64,000 bases of DNA, taken from an uncultured Clostridia bacterium. Lineage in GTDB: Bacteria; Bacillota; Clostridia; TANB77; CAG-508. The translations under genes and the position numbers were made by a program. The notes beneath the pieces are model-generated. The model ran no database searches, was not told where the DNA came from, and saw nothing but the letters and a program-made list of their open reading frames with translations. Shown piece after piece: positions 1-10,459 of the stretch (positions within the stretch are counted from its first letter, which is position 1; every line of letters starts with the position of its first letter). The stretch spans positions 1,067 through 65,066 of the forward strand of contig CANQCU010000007.1 of NCBI GenBank assembly GCA_947590905.1, written 5' to 3'.

Positions 1-169
1 TAGCAAGTTCTAATATTGATTTTTCATTTCCAATTAAAATAACTTTTGCAAAATTTTCTTTTAAAATCTTATCTACCGCTTCCAAAGTCCTTATATCATT
101 TGATTCTGGAAGTGCAATTGTTTTAATTTCTTTTCTAGCTCTATTTTTAATTTCTTCTATAAAAGACAT
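1..169 (-). CDS. pta: Phosphate acetyltransferase, 5' part (runs off window)
   Basis: Manual translation MSFIEEIKNRARKEIKTIALPESNDIRTLEAVDKILKENFAKVILIGN matches the Pta N-terminus (LPExxDxR); GGAGG RBS upstream. Confidence 0.85.
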   Translation of the reverse strand, partial: MSFIEEIKNRARKEIKTIALPESNDIRTLEAVDKILKENFAKVILIGNEKSILELA

Positions 170-245
170 ATTTTTCCTCCTTAAACAAATTATATCTATT
201 ATATAGCAAAATAACGTAAATTTCAAGTATAATTGCTTATATATT

Positions 246-491
246 TTATATTCCAATAACTCCTGCTAAGAAAAAATTAATTATATATATAAGCATGTAT
301 AATAATATTAAAGATATAATAACTAATAATACTTTTACAAATATGTTTATTTTCTTTAAGGTTTGTTTTGTTTTTTCATTGCTTACATCAAATTCATCAT
401 CACTAATGTCTGCTCCATATTGTTGCTCATACTCTTCCTTTTTACCTGCTTGCCATTTTTCTAGTTGTTCCCAATCCTCTTTATTTTCCAT
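246..491 (-). CDS. Small membrane protein with EDWxxLExW N-terminus; paralog of the N-terminus of 62498..63304
   Basis: 81-aa ORF, GGAGG RBS, C-terminal hydrophobic helix. Confidence 0.7.
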   Translation of the reverse strand: MENKEDWEQLEKWQAGKKEEYEQQYGADISDDEFDVSNEKTKQTLKKINIFVKVLLVIISLILLYMLIYIINFFLAGVIGI

Positions 492-515
492 TTTTTCCTC
501 CTAAGTTAAAACATG

Positions 516-551
516 ACCCTAAATGTTAGAAATATATCTAGCATTTAGGGT
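516..551 (-). terminator. Hairpin downstream of purM, likely terminator
   Basis: accctaaatgttaga...tctagcatttagggt inverted repeat. Confidence 0.55.
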
Positions 552-559
552 TAATTATT

Positions 560-1762
560 TTATTTTTCTTTTGTATAAACTAATTTATTATCATTATTAA
601 TTTTTACCATATTGCCACCATTTGTTTTTTCTGTATGTCCAATTACTGCTGAATCTATGTTGAACGATTTTGCAATTTCAATTATTTTTTCTGCATCTTC
701 CATAGTTTTGACAATTATTTCCATACCTATTCCCATATTCAATGTTTGATACATATTGTAGTCATCTATATTTCTTATTCTTTGTATCTCTTTAAATATT
801 GGAGGAACTTTTATGCTATTTACTTTGTCTTTAATATATGCAATATTGTTGCCGAAGTTTATAGATTTAGTTAATCCTCCACCTGAACAATGAATTATTC
901 CACTTGGTACTATTTTACTCTCTTTCATCTTTTTTAATACTGGTAGGAAAGTTCTTGTAGGTGATAAAATTGCTTCTGCTATTGTAAGAGATGTCCCTTC
1001 TAATTTATCTTCTAAATGATAATTTCCAACAAATAAATTTTCTTCATTTACAGTTTGATCCATTGCTTCTTTGTATTTACGATAATCTGGATGTAATAAA
1101 GTATTAATTGCAAGTGTCAAACCATTACTTCTTATTCCTGAATTTTCTTTATCCTCGTAAGTACTTTGACCGTAAGATGCAAGTCCTACAATATATTCTC
1201 CTTCTGTTATGTTATTACAGTCTATTACTTCTTCTTTTGGAATTGTAGCACATGCTGTTACATCAATTCCCATAGTTGTTGTATAACTTCCAACATCTGC
1301 TGTTTCTCCTCCGGCATTATATAGTTTTATTCCTAAAGTTTCCATTTTCTTAAAAAATTCTGCATATCCTTCTATTATTAAAGCTAGTGCTTCATCATCT
1401 ACTCTATTTGAATTTCTTGCTATATGGTTTGATATATATATATCATCTGTAACTCCTACACAAGCCATATCATCTGTATTCATAACAACTGCATCTTGTG
1501 GTAAAGTTTTTAAAAAGCTAGTACCTAATCCTTCCTTCATAGCAATATATGCAACATTACTTTTTGTTCCAACTCCATCTGAGTGAATTATTTGTACAAA
1601 GTTATTTTTAACTTCTTCTGGTAATGAAGTAGCTACTGGAACTATTTGGCAAAAAGCTCCAGGATATAGTCCTTTTGATAAATTTTTTGTTGCTTTATGT
1701 ACTCCTTCTTTTTTTGAAGAAACTCCAAGTGTAGCATATGGATCATTTATTTGTTCTTTCAT
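560..1762 (-). CDS. purM: Phosphoribosylformylglycinamidine cyclo-ligase (AIR synthase), long type
   Basis: Motifs GLYPGAFC, HSDGVGTK, GGETADVG, SNGLT, HCSGGG, NMGIGM. Confidence 0.85.
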   Translation of the reverse strand: MKEQINDPYATLGVSSKKEGVHKATKNLSKGLYPGAFCQIVPVATSLPEEVKNNFVQIIHSDGVGTKSNVAYIAMKEGLGTSFLKTLPQDAVVMNTDDMACVGVTDDIYISNHIARNSNRVDDEALALIIEGYAEFFKKMETLGIKLYNAGGETADVGSYTTTMGIDVTACATIPKEEVIDCNNITEGEYIVGLASYGQSTYEDKENSGIRSNGLTLAINTLLHPDYRKYKEAMDQTVNEENLFVGNYHLEDKLEGTSLTIAEAILSPTRTFLPVLKKMKESKIVPSGIIHCSGGGLTKSINFGNNIAYIKDKVNSIKVPPIFKEIQRIRNIDDYNMYQTLNMGIGMEIIVKTMEDAEKIIEIAKSFNIDSAVIGHTEKTNGGNMVKINNDNKLVYTKEK

Positions 1763-1835
1763 TTTTACCTCCGTTTATATTTTTTACTTATAAAGTATAT
1801 CATATTAACCTTTAAATGTAAACAAAAAATAATAT

Positions 1836-1878
1836 AAAAGCCGGTAAGCAATGCGAAATCACATTACTTACCGCTTTT
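1836..1878 (-). terminator. Intrinsic terminator hairpin after orphan ORF
   Basis: aaaagccggtaagcaatg...cattacttaccgctttt inverted repeat. Confidence 0.6.
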
Positions 1879-1897
1879 AGGTATTATTCTTTCGGCT

Positions 1898-2377
1898 TTA
1901 CCAAAAGAGCCAGCCTTGAACAGTTCCGTCGGAGGATTCAAGTACATATAGGACATCTTTGTCAATCAACAGATAATAAGGATCCTTAAAACATTGCGCG
2001 TATTTTTCGAACCAGTCTTTGACGTCAATTATTTCGTCTTTTACTGCAACTTCATACGGCTGTTTATGGATTGTATCTATCGGATTAACAAATAGTCTTT
2101 TTAGTCCGGGTACTCTTAATCTTCTTGAAGCTCTGTCCTTAAAGATTTTCGAAAGTTTAAGTTCAAAGTTCATAGAAGAAAGAATCAGGGAACTTGTCTT
2201 TACTACCACAGCTTTTTCAAACTCGTCTGGAACATAAAACCTATAGGTCAATGTCTTGCTCAAGTCTGAGATGGGGATTGTAAAATCCTTATCTTCAAAA
2301 GCAGTAGTTTCTCCTCCTTCGACTTTTAAAAATGCGCTTCTGTACTCACTCGGTACTTCTAGCCGAACTTCCTTCAT
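1898..2377 (-). CDS. Hypothetical protein (GC-richer orphan) downstream of tRNA-Leu; in-frame CGG at codon 5
   Basis: 159-aa ORF, AGGAGGTG RBS, own terminator. Confidence 0.6.
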   Translation of the reverse strand: MKEVRLEVPSEYRSAFLKVEGGETTAFEDKDFTIPISDLSKTLTYRFYVPDEFEKAVVVKTSSLILSSMNFELKLSKIFKDRASRRLRVPGLKRLFVNPIDTIHKQPYEVAVKDEIIDVKDWFEKYAQCFKDPYYLLIDKDVLYVLESSDGTVQGWLFW

Positions 2378-2445
2378 TAGTTTAACACCTCCTTAAATAA
2401 TTATTTTGCAAGGTTTATGGGTTATTAACCGTGAATTTACGGTTA

Positions 2446-2530
2446 TGGTGCGAGTAATGGGACTTGAACCCATACGTGATACCACACACGCCCCTCAAAC
2501 GTGCCTGTCTGCCAATTCCAGCATACTCGC
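2446..2530 (-). tRNA. tRNA-Leu (anticodon GAG)
   Basis: Reverse complement GCGAGTATGCTGGAATTGGCAGAC...CACGT-TTGAGGG-GCGTG...GGTTCAAGTCC...CTCGCACCA; long variable arm, encoded CCA. Confidence 0.95.
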
Positions 2531-2693
2531 ATATATAAATATATTTTATCATATTTTGTGGCAAAATTAAAGCTTTTTGTGGTAAAATGTTGTATAATAT
2601 CTGTAAAATAAGATTAAATATAAAGACTTACACAATATATTCTAGGACTAAATATAAGTAGTTTTAATGTATATTTCTTGAAAGGAAAGTTTT

Positions 2694-3573
2694 ATGGATT
2701 TACGATACGAAGTTACTGATAATAAGTATTTCAATATTAAAGAACTATTAAGAAACGAGTTCTCTGTTTCTTCTAGATTATATACTAAATTAAAAAATTA
2801 CAATCATATATATTTAAATAAGAGCAATCAATTTTTTGATGATACTTTACATATAGGCGATATTGTAGAAATAGAGTTAGGCTTTGATGAGGAAAGTGAA
2901 AATATTGTTCCAAATAAAATGTCTTTAGATATTCTCTATGAAGATAAATATTTACTTATATTAAATAAACCCGCAAAGCTTGCTGTTCATCCATCAATAA
3001 GACATTTTGATGACACACTTTCTAATGGCGTTAAGTATTATTTTGAGAGTATTTCTTTAAAAAGAAAAATAAGAATTGTGAATAGACTTGATAAAGATAC
3101 CTCAGGAATAGTTATATTTGCTAAAAATGAATATGTACAAGAAGCACTTATTTCTCAAATGAAAAATAATATTTTTAAAAAAGAATATATTGCAATTCTT
3201 GATGGCATTTTGGATAAAAAGAAGCGGAACTATAGACGCTCCAATCACTAGAAAAGAAGGAAGTATTATAGAAAGATGCATTGATAAAAATGGACAAAGG
3301 TCAATTACTCATTATGATGTAATTGAAGAAAAAAATAATTTTAGTATAGTACATTTTATATTAGAAACTGGAAGAACTCATCAAATTAGAATTCACTCAA
3401 AATATATAGGGCATCAAATCTTAGGAGATTCACTTTATGGCGAGGCTTCCCCATTTATTGATAGACAAGCACTTCATGCATACAAATTAAGCTTTATTCA
3501 TCCTATAACAAAAGAAAAAATGAAAGTAACTGCTCCTATTCCAAAAGATATGAAAGACATTATTGATTTATAA
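2694..3573 (+). CDS. RluA/RluD-family pseudouridine synthase (292 aa after one +1 shift at CGGA 3225)
   Basis: NRLDKDTSG and LETGRTHQIR motifs lie in two frames joined at AAG-CGGA-ACT (DKKK-G-TIDAPI). Confidence 0.9.
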
Positions 3574-3690
3574 ATAATAAAATAAAAAAGAAGTTCTAAT
3601 TGTTTAAATCCTCACAAATATTATATTTTTTAATATTTGAAAGTATTTTTCTATTGAACTTCCTTTTATTTTTCATAATTTATAATTTCA

Positions 3691-4023
3691 AGTAAATCTA
3701 TAAGCCGGGTTCTGTCGTGAATAGTCATTTATCTCGAATATATATTGCTATATATCTCTAGCCGCATTTTTAAGGAACCGACGAGCAGTCTTATGTCCTC
3801 ATTTCAGCGTTGCTCCAGGTGGGGTTTACACTGACCCGATATGTCACCATACCAGCGGTGAGCTCTTACCTCACCTTTTCACACTTACCTAAAAACTTTA
3901 GGCGTTTATTTTCTGTTGCACTTTCCTTGGGGTTTCCCCCACTAGACGTTATCTAGCACCCTTGCTCTGTGGAGCCCGGACTTTCCTCATATACAAAAGT
4001 ATACGCGACTATTCAATTTACTC
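3691..4023 (-). ncRNA. rnpB: RNase P RNA (type A-like)
   Basis: Reverse strand has GAGGAAAGTCCGGGCTCC, GGAAAGTGCAACAGAAA and 3' GACAGAACCCGGCTTA; terminal P1 gagtaaat/atttact. Confidence 0.95.
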
Positions 4024-4209
4024 TAATTACTATTTTAAGCTCTATTTTCCTTTTTGTCAAGTTTTATAAAATTTGATTTCTCAATTCTTCCTTTGTAGTT
4101 AATTTTTCAATTTTATTTTTATAATATTAATTTTATTTATAACATCAATATTAATTTTAATTTTATTTTAATTTAATTTTATATAAATTTTATTTTTATA
4201 ATATTATTT

Positions 4210-5220
4210 CTACTTATTTTCTTTTATAAGCTCTTCAACAATTTGAATTGCATTACTTGCTGCGCCTTTTCTTAAGTTGTCAGCAACTACCCAAAGATTA
4301 ACTCCAGATTTTATGCTAAAGTCTCTTCTTATTCTTCCAACATAAACATCATCATGTCCAGAAGCATTTGTTGCAAGTGGATATATATCATGCTCTGGGT
4401 CATCTTCTACAATAATACCTTTTGCTTTTCTCAAGCTTTCTACTAATTCTTTCAAATCAAATTCTTTTTCAAATTCAACATTTATTGATTCACTATGTGA
4501 ATTAATTACCGGAACTCTTACAGTTGTTGCTGTAATTGGTAAATTGGGTCTTCCTAGTATTTTTCTTGTTTCATTAATCATTTTTTCTTCTTCTTTTGTA
4601 TATCCATTATCTAAGAATACATCAATATGTGGTAAGCAGTTATTGATAATTGGATGTGCAAACTTTTGAAGCTTGTATCCTTTTTTATTTCCATCTTGTA
4701 AGTCTTTTATTCCCTTTATTCCTGCACCTGAGACAGCTTGATAAGTAGAATATACTATTCTTTTTATTTTGTACTTATCATCTAGTACCTTTAAAGGCAC
4801 TACTGCTTGTATTGTAGAACAGTTTGGGTTTGCGATTATACCTTTGTTTTTCTTTATTTCTTCTGGATTTACCTCTGGAACGACTAAAGGTACATCTTTA
4901 TCCATTCTCCAAGCACTACTATTATCTACAACTATACATCCTTTTGAAGCAGCTATTGGTGCAAATTTTTTCGAAGTTTCACCACCTGCTGAAAATATTG
5001 CAAAATCGAATCCTTCATCAAAAGAATCTTCTTTGAGTTCTCTAACTTCATATTCCTTTCCCATAAATTCTATTTTACTTCCTGCTGATTTAATTGAAGA
5101 GAAAAAAACATATTCTGATATTGGCAAGTTTTTCTCTTCTAAAACTTCTCTTGCCACTCTTCCGACAACTCCTGTTGCTCCTACTAGAGCTAACTTAAAT
5201 TTCCTTTCTTTCGCATTCAT
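4210..5220 (-). CDS. asd: Aspartate-semialdehyde dehydrogenase
   Basis: VGATGVVG, ANPNCSTIQ, YQAVSGAG, DNLRKGAA motifs. Confidence 0.97.
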   Translation of the reverse strand: MNAKERKFKLALVGATGVVGRVAREVLEEKNLPISEYVFFSSIKSAGSKIEFMGKEYEVRELKEDSFDEGFDFAIFSAGGETSKKFAPIAASKGCIVVDNSSAWRMDKDVPLVVPEVNPEEIKKNKGIIANPNCSTIQAVVPLKVLDDKYKIKRIVYSTYQAVSGAGIKGIKDLQDGNKKGYKLQKFAHPIINNCLPHIDVFLDNGYTKEEEKMINETRKILGRPNLPITATTVRVPVINSHSESINVEFEKEFDLKELVESLRKAKGIIVEDDPEHDIYPLATNASGHDDVYVGRIRRDFSIKSGVNLWVVADNLRKGAASNAIQIVEELIKENK

Positions 5221-5242
5221 AATTACAAATGCCTCCCATTAT

Positions 5243-6202
5243 TTAAAAAAACAAATTATGCATAATATTCATGCAAGTATCAACATTATCTTCACTTACT
5301 TTGAAAGAAATATGCATATCTGTTTGATCCAAGTTATTAAACTTTAGATTATTTTTGTTTAGTTCATTAACTACTTTGTCTTTTGTTTCTGTATCTATAT
5401 TAGTTCCAACTATTGATACCTCATTTTTGCTCGTTGCAACCCCTGTTATTTTTACACTTTTACTAGTATTGTCAAAGCAATCTAAAACTGTTGTACCTCC
5501 TACATTTGACATACTAGATCTAACAATCAATTTTATATTATTTTCTTTTGCTAATTTTACGCATTTATTATGAAGAACACCTGCTCCCAAATTTGAAAAT
5601 TCTAGCATTTCTTCATAAGAAATGTATTTTAATTTTACTGCATTATTTACAATTCTTGGATCGGCTGTATATACACCATCAACATCTGTATATATTTCAC
5701 AGCTATCAGCATGAAGAGCCGAAGCTAAAGCAACTGCTGTAGTATCTGATCCACCTCTACCAAGTGTTGTATAGTTATTATTTTCATCTATTCCTTGAAA
5801 TCCTGTTACTATTACTATTTTTCCTTCATCAAGTTCTTTTTCAATTCTTTCAGTTTCTATTTTAAGTAAAGTAGCATCTCCATAATTACTATTAGTAATC
5901 ATTCGTACTTGGAATGCATTTAAAGATACAGCTGGAATTCCAAGCTTATCAAACGCCATTGCCATTAATGCAACAGATATTTGCTCTCCAACTGTAAATA
6001 ACATATCCATTTCTCTTTTTGGTACATCATTGCTTATTTCATTTGCACTTGAAACAAGCTCATCTGTAAATTTTCCCATTGCAGAAAGTACTAGAACTAT
6101 TTTATTACCTAGTTTATAGTCATCAATACATCTGTTTGCTACATTAAATATTTTATCTTTATTTGCAACAGAAGTTCCTCCAAATTTTTTTACCATTAAC
6201 AT
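5243..6202 (-). CDS. lysC: Aspartate kinase (shortened ACT region)
   Basis: KFGGTSV, LGRGGSDTTA, TDVDGVYTADPR. Confidence 0.92.
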   Translation of the reverse strand: MLMVKKFGGTSVANKDKIFNVANRCIDDYKLGNKIVLVLSAMGKFTDELVSSANEISNDVPKREMDMLFTVGEQISVALMAMAFDKLGIPAVSLNAFQVRMITNSNYGDATLLKIETERIEKELDEGKIVIVTGFQGIDENNNYTTLGRGGSDTTAVALASALHADSCEIYTDVDGVYTADPRIVNNAVKLKYISYEEMLEFSNLGAGVLHNKCVKLAKENNIKLIVRSSMSNVGGTTVLDCFDNTSKSVKITGVATSKNEVSIVGTNIDTETKDKVVNELNKNNLKFNNLDQTDMHISFKVSEDNVDTCMNIMHNLFF

Positions 6203-6391
6203 TTTAAGTCAACCTCTTTTATTGTTCATGATAATATAATAATATAATTATATATTAAAATATCGTATACTTATATTATATTATTATTTATTAAAAAAAG
6301 TTTGTCAATAATTTTATAAAAAAATTATTTTGAAGTTTTATGAACTTAAGACTCATTTAATAAAAACTATTAAAAAATATTTTATTATAAG

Positions 6392-6505
6392 AAAAGTGGC
6401 TTCGCCATATGTGCATTTTGCTTCACAAATATGCACAGCCCAAGGTAACTTAACCTTGTTGCATACGGAAAAATCTTAAATGGGGTCAAGATAAAAGCTG
6501 CTTTT
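6392..6505 (+). repeat. Structured intergenic repeat family B, copy 1
   Basis: Similar to the reverse complement of 43551..43650 (gccatatgtgca..tttgctt..caaa..tgcac....aaggta..ttaacctt.ttgc). Confidence 0.65.
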
Positions 6506-6554
6506 TCCTATGCAATGAAAAAGCAATTTGTGAATAATCACAAATTGCTTACTC

Positions 6555-6725
6555 TTATTTTACTATTTTTTTCATAATACCATTTTTTAGTTTTTCTTTC
6601 ATGTCTTCAATTTCTTTACTATACATTTTGTTTATTTCTACAAGTTCTTCTTCTGTGAAATCATTTATGCTTAATTCATAATTATCAAATTTTTTCTTTT
6701 TTTCTGTAATATTTAAATTATCCAC
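6555..6725 (-). CDS. Small hypothetical protein (56 aa), coupled to the upstream gene
   Basis: GTG start overlaps the TAG of 6725..8128; MDNLNITEKKKKFDNYELSINDFTEEELVEINKMY... Confidence 0.55.
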   Translation of the reverse strand: MDNLNITEKKKKFDNYELSINDFTEEELVEINKMYSKEIEDMKEKLKNGIMKKIVK

Positions 6726-8128
6726 TATCTTTCCTCCTCTTCGATAGATTTAGGACCTGTTGCTTCTTTATCTGGTGCTCTTAATTGCTCATCCACAGAA
6801 TTTAGAAATTCAAAAATTGTTCTATTAGTTATTGCTCTTCTAGCATTTGCTGAAATTCCAAAATCATAATTAGCGGGAATAGCATCTTTGAATGTCATTA
6901 CAATCGCTTGAAGCTCTGCTTCTGCAATTTTTCTTGCTGCACTTTCTTCTGCTGCTCTCCTTTGCCAATAAAGAACTGTCATTAATGTTTGTATATTATT
7001 AGGTAGTGTTTTATTTTGCATAGCAACTTGAAAATCCAATGAAATTTCTCGAGGATACTGTGGCAATTTAAAATTAGCTAACATTCCTCTTATCACTTCT
7101 ACATCATATTTAGAGCTTTTATCCCAATCATTACATTCAAGTATTCTTCTTAAACTTACTGTTTCTTCCACTTCATCATTATTAAAAGAACATAATAATG
7201 AAATAAACTTTTGTAATCCAGGACAATGTTCTTTAAATTCTTCATCTGTATCTTCTTTACTTTCTCCTGTTCTTTCCATATAAACTCTTTTTAAAGAATC
7301 TATATATGGATTAATTGTTTGATAATTTGTGTTATATATTGGGTCGTCATCAGAAATATTTTCCCATCTTACTTGTCCATCATAGTTTAAAATGTTTGAT
7401 ATTTTTGTTTGATAATCACCTAAAGTATCTCTTGATGTAGAAATTGCACTTTGAATAGTCTCTTTTTCTTTTCTTGAAGCCTCTATTTGCGCATTTATAT
7501 CTTTTAGTTCTTGATTTTTCTTAGCAATTGTTGCGTTTATAGTTTTATCTAATTCTTGCAATTTTTTTTGCCTTTTACTCTCTACTATTTTTTCAGTTTC
7601 TCTATCTCCTTCAGCCATTAATTGTTCTCTTCTTTTTTGTAAAGCTTCTAACTCTGAAGAAACTTCATCTATTTCTTTAGATAGCCTTTCTTTTTTACTT
7701 CTTAATTCATCATTTGCTGATTCTAATGAATCTCGGTCTCTAAGTGCTGTTTCATGTTCACTCTGTAATTTTTCTAATTCGCTCTGTAAAGATTCCTTTG
7801 CTGACATATAACTATCTAGTTCTATAGAATGTGATTCTTCGATTAGAGACATTAGAGCTTGTTTTGCATGTGGTCTTAATGCTTCTCCTCTACTAATTAA
7901 TTCTAACCTATCTCCGTGTAGCATAATTTCTACATAGCTTAGTAAGTCTGATAAATAGCTAATTTTATCAATATCTGCAGTTGGTGCAATATTGGCTAAC
8001 TTCCTTATTGTAGCTATAATTCTATCTTGACCTAAACTATTTACAAAATACATATCATTTTCTAAAGATGGGTTGTTTTCTAACATTCTTAAAAAGTTTG
8101 CTTGTTCACTTGTTATATTTTTTAACAT
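6725..8128 (-). CDS. Hypothetical coiled-coil protein
   Basis: 467-aa ORF with E/K/L-rich heptad middle region; sigmaA promoter and AGGAG RBS. Confidence 0.75.
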   Translation of the reverse strand: MLKNITSEQANFLRMLENNPSLENDMYFVNSLGQDRIIATIRKLANIAPTADIDKISYLSDLLSYVEIMLHGDRLELISRGEALRPHAKQALMSLIEESHSIELDSYMSAKESLQSELEKLQSEHETALRDRDSLESANDELRSKKERLSKEIDEVSSELEALQKRREQLMAEGDRETEKIVESKRQKKLQELDKTINATIAKKNQELKDINAQIEASRKEKETIQSAISTSRDTLGDYQTKISNILNYDGQVRWENISDDDPIYNTNYQTINPYIDSLKRVYMERTGESKEDTDEEFKEHCPGLQKFISLLCSFNNDEVEETVSLRRILECNDWDKSSKYDVEVIRGMLANFKLPQYPREISLDFQVAMQNKTLPNNIQTLMTVLYWQRRAAEESAARKIAEAELQAIVMTFKDAIPANYDFGISANARRAITNRTIFEFLNSVDEQLRAPDKEATGPKSIEEEER

Positions 8129-8163
8129 GAAAAAATCTCCTTTTTTATATTAACATAATATAA

Positions 8164-8192
8164 ATTATAGCATACTTTACATAATATGTCAA
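8164..8192 (-). promoter_or_regulatory. sigmaA promoter with overlapping palindromic motif
   Basis: TTGACA-tattatgtaaagtatgc-TATAAT (17-nt spacer). Confidence 0.75.
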
Positions 8193-8336
8193 TTTGCACC
8201 TAAAAATTTTGTTTTGTTATACACCTAAAAATTTTTGCTTTGACACTTATGTAATATCTTATGTAGTAATGCGCTATAAACTTTGCTTAGGAGATTATTT
8301 GCAAAATTTTATATAAAAATGATAGGCACCTACCTA

Positions 8337-9086
8337 TCATTTTAAAGAAATATGTATATTACTAACTTCTGCTTTTAATTCTCTTGAAATAATATTTTGA
8401 ACTTGTGCTACTTCTTCTGGCGAAAGTTCTTTTTTACCTATTATTACACTTATGCTATCTCCATTTACAAAAATAATATTTTCACTAAAACCTTTTGTAG
8501 TAAGTAAATTTTCTGCAATCATTATAGCATTTTGAAGTTCATTGATTTTATTTATTTCTTGCTGTGCTATTGTTTTCTCTTGAGCCATTTCTGACGAACT
8601 ATTTAATATTACTTGATATCTTTCTATCATTTGAGAATACATAATATTTCTTTCAAGCTTTGAAGCTTCGAAATAATCACTTTGGTCTGTACTTGTTTCT
8701 AAACTAGAAGAATTTTCTAAATTAGATTCGTTTTCTTGATTACTAGCTTCTGTTGTTATATTTGATTCGTTTGCATTTACCCCATTTGAAGTTTCTTTTG
8801 AATTTACATTATTACTTATTGCATTATTTTCTTTGTCATCTGTTACTTGATTTACATTAGTGTTAATACCTTCACTATTTTCGTTTGTAACATTTGCATT
8901 TACAAGCTCTGCATCACCAATAGAAGCTAAATGTGTAGATTCATCTGGATTTACTCCTACTGTGTTTGCATTATGACTTTGTGAAGCATCATAGTTTAAA
9001 TATCCTGCTGTTATTAGCATTAAAGATATAACTAGAATTGCTAATTGATTTTTCTTAATAACTTTCATATAAAATTTGTATGACAT
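8337..9086 (-). CDS. spoIIIAH: Stage III sporulation protein AH
   Basis: KKNQLAILVISLMLITAGYLNY N-terminus, YFEASKLER, ENLLTTKGF; last gene of the spoIIIA cluster. Confidence 0.9.
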   Translation of the reverse strand: MSYKFYMKVIKKNQLAILVISLMLITAGYLNYDASQSHNANTVGVNPDESTHLASIGDAELVNANVTNENSEGINTNVNQVTDDKENNAISNNVNSKETSNGVNANESNITTEASNQENESNLENSSSLETSTDQSDYFEASKLERNIMYSQMIERYQVILNSSSEMAQEKTIAQQEINKINELQNAIMIAENLLTTKGFSENIIFVNGDSISVIIGKKELSPEEVAQVQNIISRELKAEVSNIHISLK

Positions 9087-9164
9087 AAATATATCATACC
9101 TCTCCTTTCATTAAATTCTTATAATTTGCTATATGCAAATAAATTTTACATATAAATTTTATAA

Positions 9165-9840
9165 CTAATTCATAGAGAATACTTGTACCTTATGAGTTGG
9201 AACTCCTGTTACTGCTTCTACTGCAGAAATTATATTGGTTTTTATTTTTACATCAGATGCTCCTTCTGCTGTTACAATTACTCCTTCTATTTTAGGATTT
9301 ATTATGGTTTGCGTTGCTGGTACACTTTCTCCTTCTTCATCAGTAAAAATTACTTCCTTTTTTGTTTCCTCTTCTTCGACCGTTCTTGTTCCACCTTCTG
9401 AATCTATTTCTGAAGTATGAGATACAGAATTATTCTCATTATACATTGCTATTACTTCACTTGATGTAGAATATGTAATCAAAACTTTTACTTTTCCGAA
9501 CGCCTGATATTGTTTCTAGTATATTTTCTATTCTTTCTTCTAAATCAGTTTGACTATTTTCTTTTGAAGCTTCTTTTTCTGTTGCAAGTTCTTTATAAAG
9601 ACTAACTTCTGAATCATTTTTTTTATCTTCTTTTTTTAATATAGCATTTATTGCTATCAAAGTTACTATCAAAACTATTAAGAAAAAAACTAAATTTTCT
9701 ATTTTTTTCTTGTCTTTTTTATTAGAAACCTTTGCTTCTTTATTTTCAGTAATTGTTTTTAAATCTTCAACATCAAATTTTTCTTCTGTATTTTTTTTAA
9801 AAAACAATTTTTTTATCTTATTCATTTGTTCATTAAACAT
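9165..9840 (-). CDS. spoIIIAG: Stage III sporulation protein AG (224 aa after +1 shift at CGGA, plus-strand ccg 9496-9498)
   Basis: Joined reading LEERIENILETISGV-G-KVKVLITY...PKIEGVIVTAEGA matches SpoIIIAG. Confidence 0.9.
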
Positions 9841-9906
9841 AAAAGCCTCCTATATGTTATTATTTTTATCTTTATAATTAAGGTTTTCCTAATATTTTAA
9901 GCTTTA

Positions 9907-10459
9907 CTATATCTCATTTACTTTTATTTCTTCTTTTTCAATTCCATAATTAGTATTCAAAAGTTCTTTTATTTCTTCTATTTCTTGAATACTCAAAGAA
10001 TTTTCTTTTATTTCTCCGATTTCTACTTTGTTTACTGATATGTTGTTATTTCCTGCTTCTTTATATTTTTTTATTTTTAAATTAACTTTAGTTATATTTC
10101 CTGTTTCTAAATCAACCTCAAATTCAATATTTCTTACACTAAATCCGCTTCTCCTCTATATTCTTTTTCATTTGATTTCTAATTTCTCTTTTAAATGTAT
10201 CTTCAATAGTCCCTACATTTATGTTATTTTCTACCTCAGACACATTTAAGTATTTTTCATATTCATTGTAATCTATTTTTAAATTTTTCCCTGTTGCAAA
10301 GGTAATTACAGGAGAAATTATCGTATATAATATATATACACCAATTAATGTTTTTATGTACTTTTGAGTGTTACCTTTTGGAAGTACCATTTCTAAAATT
10401 GTTCCAATTATCACAGCCACTATTACTTGCTCTGCCCAAGAACCTATACTATTTATCAT
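9907..10459 (-). CDS. spoIIIAF: Stage III sporulation protein AF (183 aa after +1 shift at CGGA 10145-10147)
   Basis: ILEMVLPKGNTQKYIK motif; the +1 frame stays open (GFSVRNIEFEVDLETG...LNTNYGIEKEEIKVNEI*) to TAG at 9907. Confidence 0.85.

Noticed and set aside
2446-2530. tRNA as the possible quadruplet decoder
   Set aside because: It is an ordinary tRNA-Leu(GAG) with a 7-nt anticodon loop; no decoding factor for CGGN is visible in this window.
4080-4209. Extremely AT-rich tract as a possible replication origin
   Set aside because: No DnaA-box cluster or dnaA context.
6203-6550. Lysine riboswitch upstream of lysC-asd
   Set aside because: L-box consensus segments were not found on the - strand, and a likely lysC promoter (TTGACA near 6308) lies downstream of the structured element.
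8197-8242. Two ~20-nt direct repeats cacctaaaaatttt(t)g
   Set aside because: Only two adjacent copies with no spacer array; not CRISPR. At most a regulator site.
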